DNA of 64,000 bases. Source: the human T2T-CHM13v2.0 reference genome, Homo sapiens. Position numbers and translations under genes: made by a program. Below, piece after piece: positions 31,190 through 47,443 of the stretch. The stretch is from assembly GCF_009914755.1 (NCBI RefSeq), contig NC_060926.1. The stretch is one strand, 5' to 3'. Within the stretch, counting starts at the first letter, position 1. Each line of letters opens with the position of its first letter. Under the pieces are notes generated by a model that saw only the letters and a list, made by a program, of their open reading frames with translations, was not told where the DNA came from and did not search any database.

Positions 31190-32186
31190 TGATGGACATG
31201 TTGCCCAGTGATGGATAGAGTGGACAGTAATACTGTATCACCCACCATGGGGCAATAGTGTGGTGCGTGGAGCCTTGAATTATTATTATTAATTAAAATA
31301 ATTTCTTTAAAAATATTTGTATCTTAATATCATCTGTGAATAAACAATTCATTTTCTTAATTTCCAATCCTTATTTGTTTTTATTTATTTTCTTCCCTTA
31401 CTGTGCTAAAAGAGGACAATATAGGTGGGCTAGGAAGGGGTATCTCAATGTGCAAGAACCCAAGCATCATGTTGAATAGAAGTGTTTATAGTAGTTATCT
31501 TTTTTCTCAATACTGATTTTTAAGTGAAAAATTTATAAAATTTCTCCTTTGAGAAAATTTATCCTTTAAGAATGCTATTGAGTAGTTTTTGGTAGATACA
31601 ATTTTTCAGATGAGGAAGTATATTTTTTACATGAATTTTCTAGTATCTGGTTGTTTTCTAGCAGGAGGAGACTTTAGATTTATCTAGTTAGTGAGAATGC
31701 TTGAACATTCATTTTTTTTACCCAAACTCCACACTCACCTAGTTCTGAAGAAATCGATATCATTCATGGAAGGAAAGAGGAAGTTGGTGACTTAACTGCT
31801 CTTATAATTAGAAGTTTCTGGCCAGCCCCACTGCTGGGTACTGGATCCCCTAGACACTTAGCGGCTCTTGCAGTGTTCAGTAATTGCTATTTGGGACTTT
31901 TTTGTTTTTTCAAAAAGTAGCATGCTAGGGACTGGAGAAGTAGACTTACAGTGGACAGTAGAAACATCAATAAATGATAAGTTGTGGAAACTGCTGATGA
32001 TTGAGAAATACTGCCAGTTAAATGAGGGTCTAAACTGCCTGGTCTATGGCAAAATACTTCACTGTTCTAGAGAGAGCGTAGGTTAGAGTAGGCAGTTACT
32101 GCAATTCATGTATGAAATTAATAACCAAACTTGAAGAAATATTCCATCTAGATGTTCAGCCTGGAAAAGCTACTTTACTCTATCAT

Positions 32187-32200
32187 CCACCAGGGGGCAA
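32187..32200 (+). promoter_or_regulatory. Candidate CTCF site (forward)
   Basis: CCACCAGGGGGCAA matches the CCASYAGRKGGCR core. Confidence 0.7.
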
Positions 32201-32756
32201 TAGTGTGGTGCTTGGAGCCCTGAAGCTCTTGAATGCTAATGTTGAACCGCGATTTGGGATCCAGGCAACAGAGCCACCTTGAAGCACAGCCAGTGAGGCC
32301 GGTATTCTTCCTCTCCTATTAAAGTGGGGCTCCCAGGTAGGTGTCTCAACACTGACCAGGCTGACAGTGGGGCACGATGTGTCACAGGGGGATCATAAGT
32401 TTCTCTACCACTCAATAGGCATTTTTCAAACTCTTCTGTGGTTGAGACAGCTTCGGTAATCATTCTTGAGCTGCACAGAACTTTGGAGGTGGGAAATAGC
32501 CCCAAGTTTGTCTCAACTGTGGTGAAGAGTGACATGACTTAAAGACAAAATGGAGTCACTTTCTAGACAGGACTTGTAAGGGGCCAGGATTCGATCCTTA
32601 CGTTTGCTCCCTGGGAAGTCCCCTTTCTCCCAGCTCCCAAGTTTGTGATGGGTTAGGCACACTCAAGAAGAGACCTGCTCACTAAGTAGAAGGTCTACTT
32701 AGTGACCTTCAAACAAAGTAGAAGGGAAGAAAGGAGAGGAACATGAACAGATGTAG

Positions 32757-33101
<345 letters not shown>

Positions 33102-33572
33102 TGAAACACAAAATGTTTAATTACCTGGATGTTGGAGTTTTAGGCTGGGAGTAAGGTTGGTTATCTGTTAACCCCCACAGCAGGTATGACACAGGACAGG
33201 AAGATGTAGATGGGGGAAAAGGGGGTATCCCCATGCGCAGCAACAGAAGTGCCATGAGTATCTCACTACACACCCACTGGGGTGTAGTGGATATGAGATC
33301 AAAAGGTGTGTTCACATCCTTGTTACAATAACGCTAAGATGTAAATGAAGGCATTTAACCTACTCTTAAACAGGTCGATGACTTCAGCCTTTCAGCATTA
33401 ATTTTGTGTTCTACTGCTTACTCATCTCCCTTGGTTGCTTTACCCTCCCCCTTCTCCAATTTCTCAGTAACAGCTGAAACTTGGTGCTTGTGGAAAGATA
33501 AAAAGCTCTAGGTTGGTTGAATAAATAAGAAAATAAACTTTTGTCACAGTTAGAATAGTTCAGATTTTAACA

Positions 33573-34010
33573 AGCCTGGCTATATTGTGTCTGGGGCTCA
33601 GGGCAATATGAATGTGGGCCTCTTGCTCAAAAGCAGGAAAGATTTCCATTGAAAATACTAATATATAAAGCTTTTCCTTTTGAAGTAATTTTATTAATTA
33701 TGATACCCAATAGGGGTAATCATCATTTTAAGAAAAATTTTAAGTTATTAGCATAAATTTAACTATTCAACTTGATATTATGCAATGCCAGTTTTAATAA
33801 GTGTATTTAACTCATTTGCAGAATTACCAGTATTTTGTAGTTCGTGTATGCATATGTGTTTAATTCCTGCCTGAACAGTTGAAATACAAAAAAAATTGCT
33901 CTATTCACTTCTTGTTACACACACATTCTGCCAACATTCTATCTTTGACTCACTGATGAATAAGAAATATCTCAAAGAAAAAGAAACTTTAGGTTATTCT
34001 ATCTTTTCCT
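33573..34010 (+). mobile_element. Probable MER45-family (hAT-Tip100) fossil
   Basis: ggggctcagggcaatatgaatgtgggcctcttgctcaaaa resembles MER45 left end. Confidence 0.5.
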
Positions 34011-34025
34011 TTAAAAATATTTTTA

Positions 34026-34384
<359 letters not shown>

Positions 34385-34764
34385 TGTAAACTTTAGCTAA
34401 CACAGGGAAGTAATGTGAATAAGAAAGGATATGATAGCATTCTTTGGATATTTGTGTTTTTAGATTAGTTATTTGGATTACTTTCTTTGTTTGAAGCAAG
34501 TTCTGGTTTAAATTAATAGCACGGACTCTCAGGGTCCCCACTTACTCTTAGAGTCTTAGGTGTGTTTATATAGAATGAGCATGAATTCTGGTAAACCCAC
34601 AATGGATGTGAGTTCAGTAATAGTATATTATTGTCATGTTAATTATATTCCCTGATTATGAAGAAATATATAGCATATTTTCATATGCTTATTGGCCATT
34701 CAAGTATTATTTTCTCTGAATTGCCAGTTTATAAAATTTACCACTCTCTCCCTTTTTCTTTTTT

Positions 34765-34925
34765 GCCTGATGCTGAGGTTTGGGCTTCCAGTGATCCTAT
34801 CACTCAAGTAGAAAACATAGCACCTGGTAAGTAGTTTTTCAAACCTTCCCCAACTCCCTCACCTCTTTCCCCCTTTTGGAATCCCCAGTGTTTATGTTTC
34901 CATCTTTGTGTCCATGAGTACCCAA
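34765..34925 (-). mobile_element. Short L1PB-type 3'UTR fragment, opposite orientation to the adjacent L1
   Basis: gatgctgaggtttggg..tagtttttcaaacc..tgtgtccatgagtacccaa. Confidence 0.7.
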
Positions 34926-34929
34926 TAGA

Positions 34930-38380
<3,451 letters not shown>

Positions 38381-38397
38381 ATCTCCTAAAAATGTTA

Positions 38398-38840
38398 TTG
38401 TGGTAGAAAATCTCCAAATATAGCTGCTGGCAATTCCCCCACTCTTGTATGTTGCCCCTCACATCAAGAAGCTGAGTCTACTTTTTCTCCCCTTGAGTCT
38501 TACAAATAAGATGTGCTGAAAATAATAATATTCTAGGACTTCTAAGACAAGTTCTTAAGAGTTCTGGCAACCTCTGCTTTTTTTTCCTTTGGATCCCTGC
38601 CACCATGCTATAAGGAAGTATAGGCTGGACTAATAAATGATTAGTGGCTACAAGGAGAGAAATGCTAGGGGTGGAAGAGCATCTCAGATGTCAGCCCCAG
38701 TCCAGATTCCAGATAAATGCAGGTTCAGTAGCTGACATCATGTCATGCAGAACAAGCCAGGTGAGCCATGCAAATTCTTGACTCACAGGATCATAAGAAA
38801 TAACAAATCATGTGGTTTTAAACCATAAGATTGTGTTTCA
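38398..38840 (+). mobile_element. MLT1G/H-like MaLR LTR fragment
   Basis: cacatcaagaagctgagtct..cccttgagtc..aattcttgactcacagg..tgtggttttaaacca. Confidence 0.6.
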
Positions 38841-38849
38841 CAAAAATAG

Positions 38850-40410
38850 ATAATTAAAGTTATAATAATTAACACAGCATGGTACTGACATAAAAGCAGA
38901 CACAGATTAATGGAACTGAATAGAGAGCCTAGAAATAAATCCATGCATTTATGGTCAATTGATTTTTGACAAAGATGCCAAGAACACACAATGGGGAAAG
39001 AACAGTTTATTCAATAAACAGTCCGAGGAAAACTAGATATCCACATGCAGAAGAATGAAACTAGATCCTTATCTCACACCATATGCAAAAATCAGCTCAA
39101 AACAGATTAAGGATTTAAATGTAAGACCTGAAACTGTAAAGCTATTAGAAGTAAACATAGGGGAAAAGCTCCATGACCTTGGTCTAGACAGATTTTTTTT
39201 GGATATGATCCCTAACATGTAACATGTTTGCACAGATAACAAAAGCAAAAATAGACTGTTGGGGGTTGCATCAAACCAAAAAATCTTCTGTGCAGCAAAG
39301 GAAACAATCAACAGAGTGAAGAGAGAACTTACAGAATGGGAAAAAATATTTGTAAACGATAAATCCGTTAAGGGGTTAATATCCAAAATATATAAGGAAC
39401 TCAAACAGATCAATAGCAAGAAAATGAAAAATCCAATTAAAAAATGGGCTAAGCACCTGAATAGAAATTTCTCAAAGAAAGACATATGAAAGACCAACAA
39501 GTATATGAAAAAAATGCTCAACATTACTAATCATCAGGGAAATGCAAATTAAAACAATGAGATATTACATCATACCTGTTAGAATGGTTATTATCAAAAA
39601 GACAAAAGAATTACCTAGGCATCGTGGCATGTGCCTGTAGTCCTAGCTAATTGGGAGGCTGAGGCAGGAGGATTGCTTGGGCCTAGGAGTTCAAGGCTGC
39701 AGTGAGCCATAATCATGCCACTGTACTCCAACCTGGGCCATGGAATGAGACCTTGTCTCTTGAAAACAAACAAACATAAAAGACAAAAGATAGAAAGTAT
39801 TGGTAAGGATGTGGAGAAAAGGGAACACTTGCATACTGTTGGTGGGAATATAAAGTAGCACAGCCGTTACAGAAAATAGTATGAAGGTTCCTTTAAAAAT
39901 TAAAAATAGAGCTACCATATTATCTAACAATCTCATTGCTGGGTATATGTTCAAAGAATATGAAATCAGTATATTGAAGTGATATCTGCACTCCCATGTT
40001 TATTGCAGGATTAGTCACAATAGGCAAAATATGGTATCAACCTAAGTGTTTATTAATAGGTGAATGGATAAGAAAATGTGGTATATATGCACAATGGAAT
40101 ACTATTCAGCCTTTAAAAAGAAGAAAATCCTGTCATTTGTGACAACATGGATGAATTAGGAGGATATTAGGTTGATTGAAATAAGCTGGATGCAGAAAGC
40201 TGAATACTTACATGTAGAGTATTAAAAAGTCTAACTCATTGAAACAGAGAGTAAAATGGTGATTACCTAAAAATGTTATTGTGAACATTTTTACGCTGGA
40301 GGGGAGGGGTACTGGGGAGCTGTTTGTCAAAGGACACAAAATTTCAGTTAGGTAGGAGGAATAAGTTCAAGAGATCTATTGCCCATTGTGGTATTAACTA
40401 CAGTTAATAG
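38850..40410 (+). mobile_element. L1MA-type ORF2 end / 3'UTR
   Basis: [26 protein letters not shown]; 3' caaaatttcagttaggtaggaggaataagttcaagagatctatt. Confidence 0.85.
39610..39777 (+). mobile_element. Alu right monomer (FRAM or truncated AluJ)
   Basis: Single monomer; 13-bp TSD aaaagacaaaaga at 39597-39609 and 39778-39790. Confidence 0.88.
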
Positions 40411-41737
40411 AAAACCCAGAAATAACACCACATGCTGCAACTATTTGATCTTCAACAAACCTGACAAAAACAAGCAACGGTGAAAGGATTCCCTGTTCAA
40501 TAAATGGTGCTGGGATAACTGGCTAGCCATATGCAGAAGATTTAAACTTGACCCCTTCCTTATACCATGTACAAAAATTAACTCAAGATGGATTAAAGAC
40601 TTAAATGTAAAACCCAAAACCATACAAACCCTGGAAGATAACTTAGGAAATACCATTCAGGACATAGGCATGGGCAAAGATCTCATGACGAAGATGCCAA
40701 AAGCAATTGCAACAAAACAAAAATTGACAAATGGGATCTAATTAAACTTAAGAACTTCTGCACAGCAAAAGAAGGTATCAACAGAGTAAACAGGCAACTT
40801 GCAGAATAGCAGACAATTTTTGCAAACTATATATCAGACAAGGGTCTAATATCCAGCATCTATAAGAAACTCAAACAAATTTACAAGAAAAAAATAAACA
40901 ACTCCCTGAAAAAGTAGGCAAAGAACATGAACAGACACTTTTCAAAAGAAAACACACATGCAGCCAACAATCAATGAAAAAAAGCTCAACATCACTGATC
41001 ATTAGAGAAATGCAAATCAAAACCACAATGAGATACTATCTAAGGGTCAGAGTGGCTATTATTAAAAAGTCAAAAAATAACTGGTGCTGGTGAGGTTGTG
41101 GAGAAAAAGGAACGCTTATACACTGTTAGTGGGAGTGTAAATTAGTTAAGCCAATGTGGAAGACAGTGTGGCAATGACCTCAAAGACCTAAAGACAGAAA
41201 TACCATTTGACCCAGCAATCCCATTACTAGGTATATACCCAAAGGAATATAATTTGTTCTGTTGTAAAGACACATGAACACATATGCCCACTGCAGCACT
41301 ATTCACAATAGCAAAGACATGGAATCAACTTAAATGTCCATCAATGATAGACTGGGTAAAGAAAATGTGGTACATATATACTATGGAATACTCTGCAGCC
41401 ATAAAAAAGAAAGACCATGTCCTTTGCAGGGACATGGCTGAAGCTGGAGGCTATTATCCTTAACAAACTAATGTAGAAACAGGAAACCAAATTACCCATG
41501 TTCTTGCTTATAAGTGGGAGCTAAATGATGAGGGCACATAGACACAAAGGGGAACAACAGACACTGGGTTCTATCAGCGGGTGGAGGGTGGGAGGAGGGA
41601 GAGGATCAGGAAAAAAACTAAGGGTAGTAGGCTAAATACATGGGTGATGAAATAATCTGTACAACAAACCCCCAGGATACAAGTTTACCTATAAAACAAA
41701 CCTGCACATGTACCCCTGAACTTAAAAGATAAAAAAG
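40411..41737 (+). mobile_element. 5'-truncated L1PA (about PA11-13) 3' portion
   Basis: tgatcttcaacaaacctgacaaaaacaagc..gatgaaataatctgtacaacaaacccc..cctgaacttaaaa. Confidence 0.88.
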
Positions 41738-41749
41738 TCTTCTTAATTA

Positions 41750-42540
41750 ATTTATTTTAAAATATTATGGTAAAATATATAACATAAAATTTACCATTCT
41801 ATTTTTAAATGTATAGTTCAAAGGCATTAAATACAATGACATTGTTGTACAGCCATCATCACCATCCCTCTCCAGAATTTTTCATCTTATACAATTGAAA
41901 CTCTGTATCCATTATACAATAATTCTCCATTTTTCTCTGTGCCCAACCCTGGGCAACTAACATTCTACTTTCTGTATGAATTTGAGTACTCCAAGTACCC
42001 TTACTTGAAGAATCATACAGTATTTGTCTTTTTGTGACTGGCTTATTTCACTTAGCATAATGTCTTTAAGGGTTTATGCATGTTGTAGCATGTGTTAGAA
42101 TTTCCTTAATTTGCAAGGCTTAATAATATTTCAGTGTGTGTATGTATGTGTGTATACATTTGTATACATAAACCACATTTTGTTTATCCATTCACCCATC
42201 AAAGGATATGGGTTGCTTTCACCTTTTGGCTATTGTGAATAATGTTGCTATGCATATGGGTATACATATATGTTTGTGTTCCTGTTTTCAATTCTTTTGG
42301 ATATATATACCCAGAAGTGGAGTTGCTAGATCATATGGTATTTCTATTTTTTAATTTTTGAGGAACTGACAAATTGTTTTTCATAGCAGGTATGTCACTT
42401 TACATCCCACCTGCAGTGCATAAGGATTCCGATTTCTCCACATCCTCACCAACACTTGTTATTTTCTCTTTTTTTAATAGTAGCCATGCTGACGCATTTG
42501 AAGTGATGTCTCATTGTGGTTTTGATTTGCCTTTCTCTGG
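41750..42540 (-). mobile_element. L1MB-type 3' end
   Basis: ggtaaaatatataacataaaatttaccatt..cagccatcatcaccatcc..ctggcttatttcacttagcataatg. Confidence 0.85.
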
Positions 42541-43009
42541 AATATCATTTTTATGACCTTGTCTGCAATATTTGTTATTATTTCTTCTAAAGGATTCAGA
42601 CATAGAATGTTAATGAGCATAGAAATAAAGATAACTACTCTATATGAGAAAATAAAAATGAATTTAGTATCAGACGACAAAAGCTTGAGAAAATTTTTTG
42701 TTTTGTTTTGTTTTACTTAGTTTTTATGGGAAAAAATACACAGAACATGATATGCCAGAAATAAAAGAAACAAAAATTAGTACCTAATTTATTATATACA
42801 TGGAATATGCTGAGAAATTTCAACACGTTTAACACTTTGGTAAAAAGCATAGGCCAATCCTTATATTTTTGTGACTTTCCAAGGTATTAGCACTTAGTCT
42901 TTAGATACAAACCAAAGTATCCAAAGACTACGTAAAAAGTATAAGGTTATAAAGTAATGGTTACTATGTCCATATTAAAGGTATAAAATAATGGCTAATA
43001 TGTCTAGCT

Positions 43010-43195
43010 TTAGATCAGGCTATTTGGGTTTGAATTCTAGCTCTATTACTCATTTAACTGTGGGACACTGTGAACTTAGTAAACCTCTCTGGGTTTTGGC
43101 CTTCTTCATCTAGAAATGGGTATGATAATCTTAACAATCTTATAGACTGTAGTAAAAATTACAAATGTCAATATATTTCAAATGCTTAGTGTAGT
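43010..43195 (+). mobile_element. MIR
   Basis: gggtttgaattctagctct..aacctctctg..ttcatctagaaatggg..aatgcttag. Confidence 0.7.
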
Positions 43196-43327
43196 GAAGT
43201 TTCCTATTTTTTTATATTTTTTTATTTTTTATTTTTTTTTACTTTAACATGTGTAGGAGTGAGACCGAATTTCCCTTTTTTGCCCTTAGAGACAAGTTCC
43301 TTGCATTATGAGGCACAGTGTTGGTAG

Positions 43328-43341
43328 CCTCCAGGGGGCAC
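43328..43341 (+). promoter_or_regulatory. Candidate CTCF site (forward)
   Basis: CCTCCAGGGGGCAC, one mismatch to core. Confidence 0.55.
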
Positions 43342-44599
43342 CAGAAAGCTGTGAGTTTGCTTGCGTCCTGGCCGGCAGATGTTGATAGCAGATTTAGGAA
43401 TAGAAGTTTACCTGGGTCCCGTTTTCAGTCCCATTATTTCTCATTACTATATAGACTTCCTATGTGGGTAATTTGAGAAAGAAAACAGTTTCAGGAGTTC
43501 CTGTTAATTCCGTTGGAGATCTCAGGAGCAGATAGGAAAATTACCACTCTCCTATGTTCTTATAAACTCAGTTTAACCCTCAAGAGAATAACCTGAAAAC
43601 CTGAGGGCTCTAGGATTGCACCAAGGTTATAGAATCTTTTATCTCAGGGCCCTAAGGAGAAGAAATATGTATTATGTGCTAGATATTGGGTTAGATGTTT
43701 TTCACACAGTAGCTTATAAATTATGTGTTATCTTGTTTAACTAAAAAAAATAATGTAAGTAATTTGTCAAAGTCACATAGCTAATGAGTGCCAGAGACAA
43801 CTAAAATCCAGGTTCAATTCCAAACCATGCTACCCATGGAATTGTCTATCATTCATTGGGCATAATTATGGTTATTTTTATTATATTCCCCGTAATGACT
43901 GAAAGGGAGATAATCTTTGCAATTCACAAATTAGATGATGTTGGTGTCCTTGGAAGTATCAAGGAATTTTGAGATACTCTAAAAACAGCTCTATTGAGAA
44001 AGGATACTGATTCTGGCTTGATGTTTATTAAAAAATGAATAGCTGAATGTTCTATGATTTACTTACAAGTGCTTGAGCCTATCCAAGTCACAGAAGTAGA
44101 CTTGGCATGGCCTTATTTATCAGAACTAGGTCCCAAAAATTGTAAACCTCAGAAAAATTAGGATTTTTGTTTTTCAAACTCTTTGTGCAGTCAGTTGACT
44201 ACAGTAAGGCAGTGCAGGTCAGGAAGTAATTATACCACTGTTCATGAGCTTCTGTTCAAACACCACTTGTTTTCCTCATCTCACATGTTGACCCAGAAAT
44301 GCGTTTAAAATATATTAAAAATATAAAACCTGACCTAAAGTAACAGTCGATTTCTTGTCATGTGATAATGATGCTCAGGGGCCCCTTTTATCTAAGGATT
44401 TCATAGTGCTTTATACACTCATTATCTCACAATCCATCTGTTCTACTTCATTTTATAGCAAAAAGATGGAGGCAACACAGAAATCACACAATATGTTGGT
44501 GTAGTGGCTTGAAAGGAAATTATTCAAATTCTGAACGCTTAGCCTATTCATCCTGATTTAATATGAACTTACTGGATATGGAGAGCAAGAAATATAATG

Positions 44600-44830
44600 G
44601 ATGCTCTTATTGAGAGCTTATTAAGTCCTAGATTCTGTACTAGCTGTACTAAATACATACAAAGATCCTATTAGATCATTTAGACCTTTAAGACTTCAAT
44701 GAGGTAGAAACTATTATTATCAGAGGGAAAAACTGAGGACCAGAGAGGTTATGTGCCCTCAACTGACAGTGAGGGATGAAACTTGGATTCAAACCAGGAA
44801 GGGCGCATGCTTCTTACTCATTATATGACA
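44600..44830 (-). mobile_element. MIR
   Basis: ttattgagagctta..gaggtagaaactattat..aaaactgaggaccagagaggtt..ggattcaaacc. Confidence 0.7.
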
Positions 44831-46847
44831 TATTGTCTCTCAACATAGCAAAAGGTCTTGGATTTTTAAACATATTAAAGCTTAATGGTTACAGGGAAAG
44901 CAATTTTTTTTTGCTCTGATGTGTCTGAAGCACTGTATCAGTTATGAATTCTTGGATGTAAGCTATAGAAATTGATCCTGGCTAGCACAAAGGGAAATGG
45001 GAATTTATTGGTAGGAGAAGACAGAACTACTTACAGAATCTAAGAAAAGATGAGAGGCTGGGTCTTGGGAAGGACAGTTTCAGGGATCTAGAGACAACAA
45101 CTAGTGGGAAATGCTTTCAGGACACCACTGCCCAATGAAGGATCCCTAATTCTCTCCATTTCTCAAGCTCCAGTTTAGCAGCATGAACTTGGATCACATA
45201 CCCAATGTAGCCAGTGGTGGCCTAGGCATACCTACACTACACAGATGGGGAGATGGAAGTCTCAGGTGATGGCCAGGTGCTGATTACCAGCATTAGTAAT
45301 TAGGGGAAATGACTGCTAGGCAGGACATGCACTAAACAAGATATTCTTGAGAAATAATGTGTGATGTGAAGCAGGTGCTCAAGAGGATCTGGAGCGAGAT
45401 GAGGCAGGAAAGGCAGAGAAAATAAATCAAATGGTAAATAAGGGTGCAATATAAATTGCTAATTTTTGAAAGAGAGTGGAACTAAAATGTCTTCATAGCT
45501 TTTGCAGCCCTGAAACTGTAAAAAATAAATAAATAAAATCTCACACGACTTTATGACAATATCAGGGAGCAGTTTTCCTGATGATGAATACGCCCTCATC
45601 TGATCCTCCACTCAGAATGAGGAAGTTCCAGTTGCTATGTGTAATTCAGCATCTAGAGATCCTTGTCTTTATAATATCATGGGCTGTGTGAGATCTAGGG
45701 CTGGTCCCAGGACAAACTGACCACTGTTGGTTTTACTTATTTTCAGTGAATTATCGGGAATCTAACCCTGCATTCAGGGCCCATTTTTCCTCAGCTGCTT
45801 TTTCATCTTAGTTCTGCATTACTAAAGACCATCACTGTTGGCTGTTTCGATCATTTGAATCATGTACTGGTATCTTCTTCCATTTCACTTTCTTTCTGAA
45901 ACTCAGCTGTTTTTGGTTTCTTGTTCTCTGTCGTAGGTTCTCTCTGTTTTTCAAGGCAACAGCTAATCTAGAAATCTAGAAATTTTAAACACAATTCCTA
46001 ACCTCCAAGGGAAAAAAAGAAAGTTAAATTGTAAACTCCTCTAAATGTAGGTCTTCTATTTTAAGCCCCCAAAGAAGACCAAGCTGAGCACTTATTAATT
46101 GCTCAGCAAGTCAATAAGTATGTTTGTAATTTTGGCCACCTCTCAGCTTCTCTGTTTCCTCATCTGTAGATTGTGATAAGATTACCTGGTCCTTCAGGTG
46201 CATTGGAAGGTGCATATGAGAATAATCACATTAAAATGCCTTGAAAAGTAAATGTTGTGTGTACAGTGCTTGTACTTTCTAGAAGCAGTACCTTCCCTAT
46301 TGCCCCAAAGCAGTAAGTTATACCTTAGTCACCAAAGCAGTCACAGTGTTTGTTTCAGACAAAATAGGAAGAGAAAGAAACACTGATGCCGATAGAAGGA
46401 TGAGGTGGTTAGTGGGACCTATTTGAAATAGGCAGCTTCTTAGTGACCCTTAAATGTCACTTTATAGGTGCTTAGCCATCTTACCTTCATGGAAGAGTCG
46501 GTGGGTTCCATAAATAAGTTGAACTATTGGATGGATTCTATTTATGAGCAAAATAAACTACTTAAGACACTTGGAGACATATGACTGGTACAAGTGGGAG
46601 AAAAGAATAGTTTCAAATGACATCTCAATGAGTATCAGCTTTAAACAGTATCTCAGCACACAACTAAAGGATGCCCTTAAGTTGGCCATCACAAATTCAA
46701 ATTTGTTGACCATATTAAATTATTTCACAAGAGATTAAATGGAGTAAAAAAGATGTATAAGAAAAAAGCAAAAGAGGTAAATCAAATGAAAAATTAAAAG
46801 AAAGCACCAACTCACATATTAAGTTTTTAAATAAATACAATTAACAT

Positions 46848-47080
46848 TTATATTTATTGAGCAGTTGTGATATACCATGCATTGTTCTAAGCTCATTGTA
46901 TGCGACAATTCATTTAATCCTCATATCAATCCTATGAGGAAGGAATTATTATTGTCACTTACAGATGAGGAAACCAAGGCACAGAGAGGTTAATACTTTG
47001 CTGTAGGCCACACAGTAGGTGGTGGAACCAGAAGTTCCAGACAGGCAGTCTGCCTCCAGAACCTATGTTCTCAACCACTA
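46848..47080 (-). mobile_element. MIR (MIRb-like)
   Basis: tttattgagc..catttaatcctcat..acagatgaggaaaccaaggcacagagaggttaa. Confidence 0.8.
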
Positions 47081-47174
47081 AATAAGCTACATTAAAGTAA
47101 AGAAAGTGCTCTGTGAGTATCAAAGATCCATACAAAATCAAGGTATTATGATCATGGTTATATCTACAGTACTA

Positions 47175-47443
47175 TTTTTTTCTGAGACAAGGTCTTACTC
47201 TGTTGCTCAGGCTGGAGTGCAGTGATAGGATCATGACTCACAGCAACCTTGACCTCCCAGACTCAAGTGATCCTCCCACCCCAGCCTCCTGAGCAGCTGG
47301 GGCTATAGGTATGCTCAACTGGCTGATTTTAAAATTTTCTGTAGAGACAGAGTCTTCCTATGTTTCCCAGGCTGGTTTCAAAACTTCTAGGCTCAAGTGA
47401 TCCTCCTACCTTGGCCTTCCAAAGTGCTGGGATTACAGGCATG
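47175..47443 (-). mobile_element. AluJ
   Basis: gagacaaggtcttactc..ctcaagtgatcctcc in both monomers; highly diverged. Confidence 0.88.
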
